Assembly: GCA_001512685.1 (NCBI GenBank)
Contig: LFSG01000046.1
Coordinates: forward strand, 17,707 to 81,706
Origin: Clostridiales bacterium DTU072
GTDB taxonomy: Bacteria; Bacillota; Clostridia; Christensenellales; DTU072
Reading direction: 5' to 3'
DNA length: 64,000 nt
Position 1 is the first letter of the stretch; the number at the start of each line of letters is the position of its first letter. This document shows, piece by piece, positions 1 to 9,726 of this stretch. Below the pieces are notes generated by a model. That model was given only the letters and a program-made list of their open reading frames with translations, was not told where the DNA came from and did not search any database. A program made the position numbers and the translations under genes.

Positions 1-415
1 TGTTGTCATAGATTTTGGTTTCCACATGATAATCCCTGTATTTGATGTCGTCGACGGTGTGATAGAAAGCGCAAAACTCATTTTGAGCGGGGTCGGGGAA
101 AAGCCCGATTTTTTGGTAGGTTTCGGGGTGGATGGATATCGTGATGTCGTTTACGAATTGCCCGAAAGCCGAAGTGGTGGAGGTATAAGCGAAAGAAGAG
201 CCTTGCTCTTTGACAAGCGCCGCGAACAAATCGGACACAAAGTTCAATTCAAGCTCCCTTTCATATACGGCAAGCGTTTGTTCTTCCTTGCCCACAATTA
301 TCAGAGTAACGCTTTTTGCGGACGGCTGTCCGTCGGGCTGTCGGCAGGCGCAAAAGCAAAGGGAAACAACGCATAAAAGCAGCAGGGCAAATATTATTTT
401 GATTGTTTTTTTCAT
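1..415 (-). CDS. Lipoprotein, N-terminal part only (runs off the left edge). Possibly a DUF4430/transcobalamin-like B12-binding protein.
   Basis: Absent from the ORF track because there is no stop in the window. The reverse-strand ATG at 415 is preceded by AAGGAG (rc of ~421-426). The translation MKKTIKIIFALLLLCVVSLCFCACRQPDGQPSAKSVTLIIVGKEEQ... shows a signal peptide plus a lipobox Cys. The gene lies directly downstream of a cobalamin riboswitch on the same strand. The family assignment rests only on weak by-eye resemblance. Confidence 0.7.
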   Translation of the reverse strand, partial: MKKTIKIIFALLLLCVVSLCFCACRQPDGQPSAKSVTLIIVGKEEQTLAVYERELELNFVSDLFAALVKEQGSSFAYTSTTSAFGQFVNDITISIHPETYQKIGLFPDPAQNEFCAFYHTVDDIKYRDYHVETKIYDN

Positions 416-429
416 AAATATATCTCCTT

Positions 430-665
430 AAAATTAAAAATTCGCTTTTCCGTCATGGAGAAAGCGAAAAGAAATAAATCCCTCCCGTCTCCCTCCGAAA
501 CGATGGTTATTTTGAATTTTCGCGGCAGGTCTCCTGACTCCGAAAAGGAAACAATGTTTCCCGGCAAAGCCTTCCCTCCAAACGGAAGTGGCGTTAATTC
601 TGCCTTAATCGTACAGTAGCGGGGGCTGTCAGCTCTGTGGCTTGTTCCCTATTAAGCATTGAATG
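430..665 (-). promoter_or_regulatory. Cobalamin (B12) riboswitch, aptamer plus terminator-type expression platform
   Basis: The reverse strand reads AAUAGGGAACAAGCCACAGAGCUGACAGCCCCCGCUACUGUA ... GCCACUUCCGUUUGGAGGGAAGGC ... then the B12 box AGUCAGGAGACCUGCC (rc of 524-539). These are the conserved cores of the RF00174-type cobalamin riboswitch. A hairpin plus U-run follows, just before the RBS of the downstream lipoprotein gene. Confidence 0.9.
436..468 (-). terminator. Intrinsic terminator forming the riboswitch OFF-state expression platform
   Basis: On the reverse strand, the TTCGCTTT / AAAGCGAA stem (41-48 pairs with 61-68 of this 100-nt block, i.e. 441-448/461-468) is followed by UUUUU. 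Confidence 0.6.
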
Positions 666-765
666 CGCCGCGAAAATTATTAAGTTGATTTAATTATAAT
701 AATACCCCGTTAAAAAAGCAAATCAATTCATTGAAATATTTGTTTGGGGCGGGTATAATAACAGC

Positions 766-1812
766 ATGAACAAATTATATGTCAACGGCAAAGAAATTTA
801 TACGGATAAAACAAAGCTCAAAGATATTCTGATTGAGCATGGCCTGCATTTTCCCTGCGGCGGCAAGGGCATTTGCGGCAAATGCAGAATAAAGAGCAAG
901 CAATTGCCCGTTACCGACTTGGACACACGCTTTTTGTCTTCGGATATGGTGGAGCAAGGCTATAGGCTGGCCTGCGACAAGGACGCGGCGCAAGGGCTTA
1001 CAATTGATTTTGAAAAAAGCTTGTTCTCGCCCGTCGCGAGAAAACTGGAGTATTGCAATATAATCGTGGTTATGGATATCCAAAAGATTGCCATAGGGAT
1101 ATCAGACGACGAAATAGCCGAAGTCAGGGTTTTTGAGAACGATATTATAAAAGGGGAGAACGCTACCGTCAATTTGCGTTCTTTCATTGCCAAAGAAAGC
1201 ATAGAGCTTTTTGAAAAATACTCTATGGCAAAAGCCGACACCGTGGCCGTGGCCGCCGACAAAAAAATGGCGGAAACGCTGCTGGGCAAAAGCGATGACG
1301 GATACGGCGACATGTTGGAGGCTTGGGAATTGTTGCTGCCCGCCGAAGCGGTATATATGCTTCCTTTCGCTGAAGAAAATATCAGCGCGGAGTTTTTATG
1401 CTTTTTGGTCAAGCATCAAGCGCCCGCCTTGGTTATCAAGGCCGACAAAAATTTCGCGGGGGGCTTGGTTATGGAAAAAGACATCTTTTGTTTGTCCCTT
1501 AATAATTTAAGCTATTCGGCGGAGGAGAGGGCGGCGTTAAAAGCTTCCGTCAAATATTTGCTATCAAAAACCGACCGTCCGCCCGTAATTTATGTTTACG
1601 GCAGCTTCGCAAACGCCTTTGAGTTTTTGAGCAAAGAGCACAGCGTGGCGATTATGGATGAAACGGCCTATGAAACGGCGGCGCAAACCATATTTGACAA
1701 CAGGCTGAAAAGCTTGCTGCTCAAATGCCGCAAGCGGATTTCGCTCTTGCCGGGAGCGGAAAGCGACCAATGGCAGGAATTTTTTATTTTATCTGCAAAT
1801 GACCGCGATTAA
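766..1812 (+). CDS. 2Fe-2S ferredoxin-domain protein. The N-terminus resembles corrinoid reductive-activase (RACo)/DUF4445-type proteins, but the protein is only 348 aa.
   Basis: The N-terminal motif HFPCGGKGICGKCRIK ... YRLAC is a plant-type 2Fe-2S Cys pattern. The rest is unassigned. Confidence 0.55.
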   Translation: MNKLYVNGKEIYTDKTKLKDILIEHGLHFPCGGKGICGKCRIKSKQLPVTDLDTRFLSSDMVEQGYRLACDKDAAQGLTIDFEKSLFSPVARKLEYCNIIVVMDIQKIAIGISDDEIAEVRVFENDIIKGENATVNLRSFIAKESIELFEKYSMAKADTVAVAADKKMAETLLGKSDDGYGDMLEAWELLLPAEAVYMLPFAEENISAEFLCFLVKHQAPALVIKADKNFAGGLVMEKDIFCLSLNNLSYSAEERAALKASVKYLLSKTDRPPVIYVYGSFANAFEFLSKEHSVAIMDETAYETAAQTIFDNRLKSLLLKCRKRISLLPGAESDQWQEFFILSANDRD

Positions 1813-2229
1813 AGCCATGGCGCGGTTTTCCAAAATAAGGATATTTGTCAAATTTTCCTTTATCAAAGACAGCCTATCCAGCAATATGAATATGTCGATT
1901 TGTATGTCCACAAGCCGATGGAAGGCGTTTTGACAATCCCTTATTCTGTCCGGGTTGCGGTAAAGCGGTATGTATTCTCCCCGATTCAGCAGCCTGTTCA
2001 AAGCGATAATCGAAGCTTTTTTTAAGTTTTTGAGATAATTCAAAATCTTTCTGCAATGTCTGGATTGAGGGCAGCAAAGAAGGCAGTCTATGATGTCAAG
2101 CTGGTTTTCGATTAGCAAAATGATTTTTTCGATTAAGTTGGCGGCGGAATCGGATATTCTGTTGTAGTCGGCAAGCGAACGGTTGTACTCCCTTGCCATC
2201 CTTTCAACGGTGTCTGGGTCCAACTGCAT
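1789..2229 (-). CDS. Hypothetical 146-aa protein, last gene of the ATPase operon
   Basis: AAGGAGG lies 5 nt upstream of the ATG at 2229. The gene is on the same strand as, and 33 nt downstream of, the ATPase gene. I recognised no family. Confidence 0.6.
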   Translation of the reverse strand: MQLDPDTVERMAREYNRSLADYNRISDSAANLIEKIILLIENQLDIIDCLLCCPQSRHCRKILNYLKNLKKASIIALNRLLNRGEYIPLYRNPDRIRDCQNAFHRLVDIQIDIFILLDRLSLIKENLTNILILENRAMALIAVICR

Positions 2230-2262
2230 AAGTCCTCCTTATTCAATTTACTATATGCAGTT

Positions 2263-4242
2263 TTATTTTAAGGTGTTCTTGCCGCGGGATTTTTGGGTCA
2301 AAAGCAGCGCCGAACTCAAGGCCACCAGCACGGAGGAAAGGTTGTGAAGCAGCGCTCCCCAAACGGCGTTCAAAAATCCCGCCGCCGATAAAGCCACCGT
2401 TATGGCGTTTATTGCCAGCGCCAGCGCTATATTGAATTTTATGGCGAATATTCCTCTTTTGGCCAGCCGCATGAGCTGAGGAAGACGGGAAAGGTCGTCG
2501 TTAAAAAGGCTGATGTCCGATGTTTCCACCGCTATTTCGCTGCCTATCTTGGCCATGGCAAGCGATACTCCGCTTTTTGCGAAGGCGGGGGCGTCGTTTA
2601 CGCCGTCGCCTATCATAAGCGTAATCCTGCCTTGGGCCTTCATTTGTTCTATTAAGTCTGCCTTGTCTTGGGGCATAAGCTCGTAATGGTATTCCTCTAT
2701 GCCCAAGCTCTCGGCCACGGCTTGGGCGCTTTCTTTATTGTCGCCCGTAAGCAAGACAATTTCGTATCCCATGGACTTAAGCTCTTCTATGGCGGGAAGG
2801 GCCTCTTTTTTAAGGGTATCTTTCAAAGATATTATGCCAGCGGGCTTGTCGTCGACTATTACGGCGATAAGCGTGGCTCCCTCAGGTTTTGACAAAGATT
2901 TTTTCAAATCGTCAAAAGCTTGCGGGCACTCGTTTTCGGCTTGACTCAATTTCATTACCTTGACGATTTTGTCTTCCACAACCGCTTCCACTCCTATTCC
3001 CGAACGGATGGCCGTCTTTTCGGGGTAGGGGGGAGTTTGACCGTAATATCTTATGACGGCTTTGGCGATGGGATGTTCGCTTTGCATTTCGCTTGCGGCG
3101 GCAAGGCGGGTCAATTCCCGCTTGTCCATGCCTTGGCTGACAACCTCGTCCACTTCGAGGTTGCCGCTTGTCAATGTGCCAGTTTTATCAAAAACCATTG
3201 TGTTTACCGACGGCAAAAGCTCCAAAACGCCGCCGTTTTTTATCAGTATTCCTTTTTTGGAAGCGTTGCCCACGGACGCCGCTATGGCTATGGGCGTGGC
3301 CAAAACCAGCGCGCAGGGACAAAATACCACCAAAACGGCCATGCCTCTGCCCAGCCCTTCGGTTACGCTTATCGTACCCGCGGTCAGACAAAATACCAAT
3401 AACGCCGTCAACAGCGCTATGGGCACAAGCTTTGAGGAAAGCTTGTCGGCCACGCCGGCTATGGGCGCTTTATGCCGCACCGCTTCTTTATAATATTCGA
3501 TAAGCTTGGAAATTACCGTTTCTTCAGATTTTTTGGTGGCTTGTATTTCAACGGGAGAAAGCAAATTGACGTTGGAAGCAAGCACCGCTTGGCCTTTGAC
3601 AAGGTCTTTGGGCTGCCATTCTCCCGTCAAGGACGCTTGGTCAAAAGAGCCGCTTTCCGAAAGCAATATCCCGTCCACTGGAACCGTTTCATTGGGCCTT
3701 ACCAAAACCGTTTGGCCGATTTCTATGTCCTCAATGTTGATTTCCTTGTAGCCGTTTTCGGTTTTAAGCGTGGCTTTAGTGGGCTTTAAGGCGATAAGCT
3801 TTTGTATGGCGAAGCGGGATTTATTCATGGTGATGTCTTCTATCAATTCCCCCAGCGCCATTAAAAAGGCGATTTCGCCCGCCACAAAAAAGTAGTTTTC
3901 GTGGGAGCGGTAGGAAGGGGCGAACACACCGTAAAAGCCCATGGCTACGCTTGCGACAAGGGCTATGGCGATAAGAACGGAGCTGTTGATTTTTTTATTC
4001 TTCAAGCTTTCAAAAGATTCTTTTAGTATGGGAAAGCCGCAAAGGGCTATGGCTATCCAAGCAAAGTCCAAAAAGGCGTAGGGCGTATGGGAATATAAAT
4101 CCAACGCGTAAAATATATAGCTCAGCGCCGTGGAAACCAGAGATACGCCGAGGATTATCCATCGCTTGGCGTATCTTTCTTTATGGTCGTGGTTTTCATG
4201 CGCGGAATGAGACAAGCAGCACCCGTTAGTTTCTTTGTTCAT
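2263..4242 (-). CDS. Heavy-metal-translocating P1B-type ATPase
   Basis: Motifs present: CPC (VFCPCALVLATP), DKTGTLT, SEHP, TGDN and GDGVNDAP. The N-terminus is His/Cys-rich (NGCCLSHSAHENHDHKE) rather than a CxxC HMA domain. The metal specificity could not be determined. Confidence 0.9.
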   Translation of the reverse strand: MNKETNGCCLSHSAHENHDHKERYAKRWIILGVSLVSTALSYIFYALDLYSHTPYAFLDFAWIAIALCGFPILKESFESLKNKKINSSVLIAIALVASVAMGFYGVFAPSYRSHENYFFVAGEIAFLMALGELIEDITMNKSRFAIQKLIALKPTKATLKTENGYKEINIEDIEIGQTVLVRPNETVPVDGILLSESGSFDQASLTGEWQPKDLVKGQAVLASNVNLLSPVEIQATKKSEETVISKLIEYYKEAVRHKAPIAGVADKLSSKLVPIALLTALLVFCLTAGTISVTEGLGRGMAVLVVFCPCALVLATPIAIAASVGNASKKGILIKNGGVLELLPSVNTMVFDKTGTLTSGNLEVDEVVSQGMDKRELTRLAAASEMQSEHPIAKAVIRYYGQTPPYPEKTAIRSGIGVEAVVEDKIVKVMKLSQAENECPQAFDDLKKSLSKPEGATLIAVIVDDKPAGIISLKDTLKKEALPAIEELKSMGYEIVLLTGDNKESAQAVAESLGIEEYHYELMPQDKADLIEQMKAQGRITLMIGDGVNDAPAFAKSGVSLAMAKIGSEIAVETSDISLFNDDLSRLPQLMRLAKRGIFAIKFNIALALAINAITVALSAAGFLNAVWGALLHNLSSVLVALSSALLLTQKSRGKNTLK

Positions 4243-4250
4243 CGCAACCC

Positions 4251-4931
4251 TTATTCAACAGCTTTATTCTTTTTTTGACGCAATTTATACATAATAAAAG
4301 CCGAAATGACGGATATTCCCATTCCTATGGGTATCATGGTGGATTGCCCTATGTCGATTTTTAACGCGAATGTTACGCAGGCGATGGCCAGGCATATTAT
4401 GAAGGGGGCTATGGTCAGCTTAAAATAACGGCTGAGCAGCACCACTCCCAAGCCTCCGAAAATGGCGGGTATGACATAAGGGGAAACGGGAGACAGCGCC
4501 TTTACTATGCCTTCGGAGAATAAAGACAAGGGGATAAGCCCTATTACGATTATCAGCGTGGTAACTATGGTGGAAACCGATACCGATATGGTGGTTACTA
4601 TCTCCTCTTCTTCGCTGCCTTGTTTGGTGTTCAATATGGTTTGGGCGTTGACGGCGCAGGGAAGCTTAAGGTTAGCGATATTTCCCGTAATGAACGCTTG
4701 ATATTGTCCGCCGCTTCCCAGCAGCGGCCCGTAGCTTACCGCTTCCACCAGCCCTATGGCCCAATAGCCCAGAATAAAGGCAAAGGCCTTCAATATCGCT
4801 TTCCAGTCGGGAGAGGTTTTTGTTATCAAACAAAAAACCACTGGCGCCAACGCTATTACGGCGATGGATATGGCGCTGAACAGCCTGCCCAATTTGTGTA
4901 TCTCATTGTTGAAATTCTGTCTGTCGTTCAT
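4251..4931 (-). CDS. Integral membrane protein (226 aa), unknown function
   Basis: Multiple hydrophobic helices. AAGGAGG lies upstream of the ATG. The gene is tightly packed between the upstream membrane protein gene and the ATPase gene. Confidence 0.75.
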   Translation of the reverse strand: MNDRQNFNNEIHKLGRLFSAISIAVIALAPVVFCLITKTSPDWKAILKAFAFILGYWAIGLVEAVSYGPLLGSGGQYQAFITGNIANLKLPCAVNAQTILNTKQGSEEEEIVTTISVSVSTIVTTLIIVIGLIPLSLFSEGIVKALSPVSPYVIPAIFGGLGVVLLSRYFKLTIAPFIICLAIACVTFALKIDIGQSTMIPIGMGISVISAFIMYKLRQKKNKAVE

Positions 4932-4943
4932 GATTATGCCTCC

Positions 4944-5684
4944 TTAAAACAGCGGTATAAACGCGAATGCACAACCCAAAGCGCCCAATATGGTAATGGG
5001 CAAGGCGTAATTTTCCAGCCATTTCCATTTAAGCAGTTTGATTAAAACGCCGCATATAAGCATAATCAAAGCGCTTGCGGCCAAGGTCAATAAGGTTACC
5101 GTGCCGCTCACCGTTATGTTGTCGCTGCCCGTGGATTGTATGTTGAAGATTCCGCTGGCGATAATATAGGAAGCCAGCCCAGCCAAAATGCCACCCAACA
5201 AAGCGCCCGTTATGGTATCCAATAAAGGCTGATTGTTTTCTCTTAAATCGTTGAGCTTGGATTGATATTTTTTATAAAAAATAGCGTTAAAAACGGGGCC
5301 CGATAAAATGCTTAGCGTCATTATCACAAAAGCCGTGGCTATGACCGTGGCCGTCATGCCCGCAGGCGAAGTAACGCCGATTGCCGCCGTGGCTTGGTTC
5401 ATGGCTATTATTTCATATTGCAGCGCCCCTATTACCGACAGCCTTATCCAAGGTATGGCCAGCCCCAGCCAAGGCATCATTATGCCTATGCCTATGACAA
5501 TGGGAATAGAAGGCACTATCGAAAATATGGCGCTGCTGAAAACGGCTTTGCGCACCACCTCTTTTTTCATTCCTATCTGCTTGGCGCGCTTGACGGCTTT
5601 GAATAAAAACATAAACGACATAGCCAAAATGGCCGTCACTATCAAGCCTCCCAGCAAAAAAATCACCCATTCGTTTTTGTACAC
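4944..5684 (-). CDS. Integral membrane protein (246 aa), unknown function, first gene of the operon
   Basis: GTG start with GGAGG 5 nt upstream. The protein is polytopic and hydrophobic. It is possibly DUF5058-like, but I cannot verify that. Confidence 0.75.
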   Translation of the reverse strand: MYKNEWVIFLLGGLIVTAILAMSFMFLFKAVKRAKQIGMKKEVVRKAVFSSAIFSIVPSIPIVIGIGIMMPWLGLAIPWIRLSVIGALQYEIIAMNQATAAIGVTSPAGMTATVIATAFVIMTLSILSGPVFNAIFYKKYQSKLNDLRENNQPLLDTITGALLGGILAGLASYIIASGIFNIQSTGSDNITVSGTVTLLTLAASALIMLICGVLIKLLKWKWLENYALPITILGALGCAFAFIPLF

Positions 5685-5778
5685 TTAAACCTCCGTTTTA
5701 ACACCGTTTGCGTTAATGGAATAATTATATTATAGAACGGCCGCTTAAGTCAACTTCGGCCAAAAATCGGAGGAGGGA

Positions 5779-5970
5779 ATGAGAAAATATTACAGAAACT
5801 GGATAACCTATGACCAAGCTTTCGGCAGGAACGTGTGCCAGCCCCACAAATTTTGCCAAAAGCCTTTTTGCCGTCCGCATTGCCGCAGAGAAGACATTTG
5901 CCGCGATATGCTGTGTTTTATGTGCAAAAGGTTTATGGATTGCCATGAACGCAAAAAGGGGACATTTTAA
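5779..5970 (+). CDS. Small Cys/His-rich protein (63 aa)
   Basis: GGAGGAGGG lies immediately upstream of the ATG. The protein has 8 Cys and several His in 63 aa (…NVCQPHKFCQKPFCRPHCRREDICRDMLCFMCKRFMDCH…). It is transcribed divergently from the ATPase operon. Confidence 0.4.
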   Translation: MRKYYRNWITYDQAFGRNVCQPHKFCQKPFCRPHCRREDICRDMLCFMCKRFMDCHERKKGTF

Positions 5971-6049
5971 CGGATTTTAAGTCGTTGGTTGTTAAAGATG
6001 TTCTTTTTATGATATACTTTTTATAATTAACGGTATAAATGAGGTATTT

Positions 6050-6925
6050 ATGAAAAAATGCTTATTGCTGATCAATAAAAACAGCGGAAATGTTTATCGC
6101 GCGTTGAACAACCCCGACATTTATAACGCCTTGAAAAACGATTACGACATTATCGACACCCTTTATATAGAACAAGACATCCACATCGACATAAGAAAAG
6201 TAAGCCAAGGCTATGCCGGTCTTGCCGTATGCGGCGGGGACGGCACTTTTAACAGCGCCGTCAACGCCACCAGGGGGCTTAACCTTGAGATTACCTATAT
6301 TCCCTGCGGCACCCTCAACGATACCGCAAAAACCTTGCGCCTTACCTCCAAGCTTAAAACCGACCAAAGAAAAATCAGAAGGGTGGATATAGGCGAAATA
6401 GGCGGCACGCTTTTTACCTATGTCGCCGCCGCGGGCACTTTTACCGCCATAGGCTACAGCGCCTGCAACCGCCTTAAGAGAAAAATCAAGTTTTTGGCTT
6501 ATCTGTGGCAAGTGCTCAAGGAATATAAGGTCCACCACATCAAAGCCAAAATAAAAATCAACGACAAGGTTTTTGACGATACCTATACCTTGATTATGGC
6601 CATTAATTCCCAAAGATGCTTCGGCTTCAACTTCAACCATTTATACAGCCACAACAGCGGCAAAGCGCATTTATTGCTTATCCGCTCCCCAAAAGGTAAG
6701 GGGCTTTTGTCCAAAATAAAGATTTTCTTTCCCTTTTTCAGAGCATTTTTCATTGGCTTCAAAAAGGAGCATTGGGGACGGGTCATCAATTTCGTGGAAT
6801 TCAGCAAAGCCGAAATAGAACTGGGGCAAAAACAAGACTTTACCGTGGACGGCGAAAAGATAACCCTTGAAGGCAAAGCCGATATCGCCATACATCACCG
6901 CAGAATGAAATTATATGTGTATTGA
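6050..6925 (+). CDS. Diacylglycerol kinase-family lipid kinase (DagK/YegS-like)
   Basis: GGDGT motif (AVCGGDGTFNSAVNA), with the typical length and architecture for the family. Confidence 0.85.
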   Translation: MKKCLLLINKNSGNVYRALNNPDIYNALKNDYDIIDTLYIEQDIHIDIRKVSQGYAGLAVCGGDGTFNSAVNATRGLNLEITYIPCGTLNDTAKTLRLTSKLKTDQRKIRRVDIGEIGGTLFTYVAAAGTFTAIGYSACNRLKRKIKFLAYLWQVLKEYKVHHIKAKIKINDKVFDDTYTLIMAINSQRCFGFNFNHLYSHNSGKAHLLLIRSPKGKGLLSKIKIFFPFFRAFFIGFKKEHWGRVINFVEFSKAEIELGQKQDFTVDGEKITLEGKADIAIHHRRMKLYVY

Positions 6926-7037
6926 TTTTTTTGCTAATTTATCAAGACAAGGATTGAGCCGCCCTTTATGGGCCTTTTATGAAGCCGTCCTTTTTATTTA
7001 ATTGATTTAATCGCGCATTTGTTGTAAACTAAAGTAA

Positions 7038-8333
<1,296 letters not shown>

Positions 8334-8867
8334 GTGAAGATGAGCAAAAAACAAGGCTGTATGGCGGGAGTGATGCTGGGCTCCTTAATCAAGTTTTTTC
8401 TTACCGGTTTTTGGATGCTGATTAAGGTTATCGCAAGCCTTATATGGTTTTTCGGCTTGTGGCTGCCCGCCGCGTATGCGCTGTTCGGTTTAATACTTTA
8501 TTGGGTCTTCGGCTTCAATCCTCTTAAGTTGGAGCTGGAGGGACAGCTGTATATTTCGGGATTCATCGCTTGCTGCTTATGCAGCATTGTTATTTCCATA
8601 AGGAATTTGATTGTCAAGCCCGCTAAATCCATATTGTACGGCTATAAAAAGCCCGTTTGGAAAAAAAGCGGCCCCAAGCAAGCGCCCGATGCCGCTAAGC
8701 CGCAAACGGACGAGCTTAATTCCTTTCAGGTCAGACCCAGCATTTATTATTCCACATTGGAAGAAAACACCCTTATTCACGAATACCCCGACCGTTTTGA
8801 AATTTATCGCATAGCGGATAACAAAGCCCGTTTGGAAAGAGTGGAGTATAAGAATGAAGAAGATTAA
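8334..8867 (+). CDS. Hypothetical membrane protein (177 aa)
   Basis: Three or four hydrophobic segments. The start codon is uncertain (GTG 8334 or ATG 8340). The gene overlaps the next gene by 14 nt. Confidence 0.55.
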   Translation: MKMSKKQGCMAGVMLGSLIKFFLTGFWMLIKVIASLIWFFGLWLPAAYALFGLILYWVFGFNPLKLELEGQLYISGFIACCLCSIVISIRNLIVKPAKSILYGYKKPVWKKSGPKQAPDAAKPQTDELNSFQVRPSIYYSTLEENTLIHEYPDRFEIYRIADNKARLERVEYKNEED

Positions 8868-9720
8868 AAAAGCCAGGATATGGGAGGCGGACTTCTTCAG
8901 AGGGCTTGCCATTTTGCTGGTGGTGTGGGATCATACCATGGTGGACCTTGCCATGTTCTACCCCGTATGGAAAGAAGCGGGAGTGTCTTGGCTTATCGAA
9001 TGGGGGGAATTTGGCTTTGAGTATTTAAGCTCCTTCGCGCGTTATTTTTGGCAGCCTGTTTTTTTGTTTGTGTTTTTTACTATTTCGGGGCTGTCCACCG
9101 CTTTTTCCAAAAATAATTTTCTCAGAGGCATAAAGCTGGCGGCGGTGGCTTTATTGGTGTCGGTTGTAACCTATTTATTGGAGTTCTATACCGGCGATCA
9201 GTATTTTATACTTTTCGGCGTTTTGCATTGCATCTCGGCAAACATTTTAATATATTCGCTGGTGGCGTTTTTAATCGATTTTTTTGTACGGATTATGTCT
9301 AAGCTGTTAAAATCGCCATATAACCGGAGGCTTTCTCAAATAATTACGGCTTTTGCGTGCTTGGCGCTCAGCGCGGTATTTTATTGGATACACCATAAAT
9401 TCAATGTCAGCTTTTACGAAGACTATTATTTGACCACCGATTCAAAAATATTGGGAATGTTTTTCTATGCCCAAAATTGGGCTACCGCCGATTATTTTCC
9501 GCTGTTTCCGTTTATCAGCTTCTTTTTCTTGGGCGCGGGGCTGTCTTGTTTCCTTTATCCGCAAAAAAAATCCCTGCTGCCTTCTTTGGACGGCGGGTGG
9601 CATAAAGCCGTTACTTTCGCGGGAAGATATTCTTTGATTATTTACTTGGCCTTGCAGGTGGTGTTGTTTTCGGCATTCGCGCTGATAACCTATTGCGCGG
9701 CGGGAGTGTTTTTGCTGTAA
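8854..9720 (+). CDS. DUF1624 / heparan-alpha-glucosaminide N-acetyltransferase-like membrane acyltransferase
   Basis: The N-terminal RIWEADFFRGLAILLVVWDHTM motif is typical of DUF1624. The protein is polytopic. Confidence 0.65.
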   Translation: MKKIKKARIWEADFFRGLAILLVVWDHTMVDLAMFYPVWKEAGVSWLIEWGEFGFEYLSSFARYFWQPVFLFVFFTISGLSTAFSKNNFLRGIKLAAVALLVSVVTYLLEFYTGDQYFILFGVLHCISANILIYSLVAFLIDFFVRIMSKLLKSPYNRRLSQIITAFACLALSAVFYWIHHKFNVSFYEDYYLTTDSKILGMFFYAQNWATADYFPLFPFISFFFLGAGLSCFLYPQKKSLLPSLDGGWHKAVTFAGRYSLIIYLALQVVLFSAFALITYCAAGVFLL

Positions 9721-9726
9721 GGATTG

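Noticed and set aside
26-431. Plus-strand ORFs 26..376 (116 aa) and 210..431 (73 aa) from the track
   Set aside because: They are antisense to a much better reverse-strand gene, which has an AAGGAG RBS, a signal peptide plus lipobox, and a B12 riboswitch upstream. The plus-strand ORFs have no RBS and a low-complexity translation.
5725-5946. 73-aa reverse-strand ORF overlapping the Cys-rich small ORF
   Set aside because: It has no Shine-Dalgarno sequence and no features, whereas the plus-strand ORF has a strong GGAGGAGGG RBS. Only one can be real, and even the plus-strand one is tentative.
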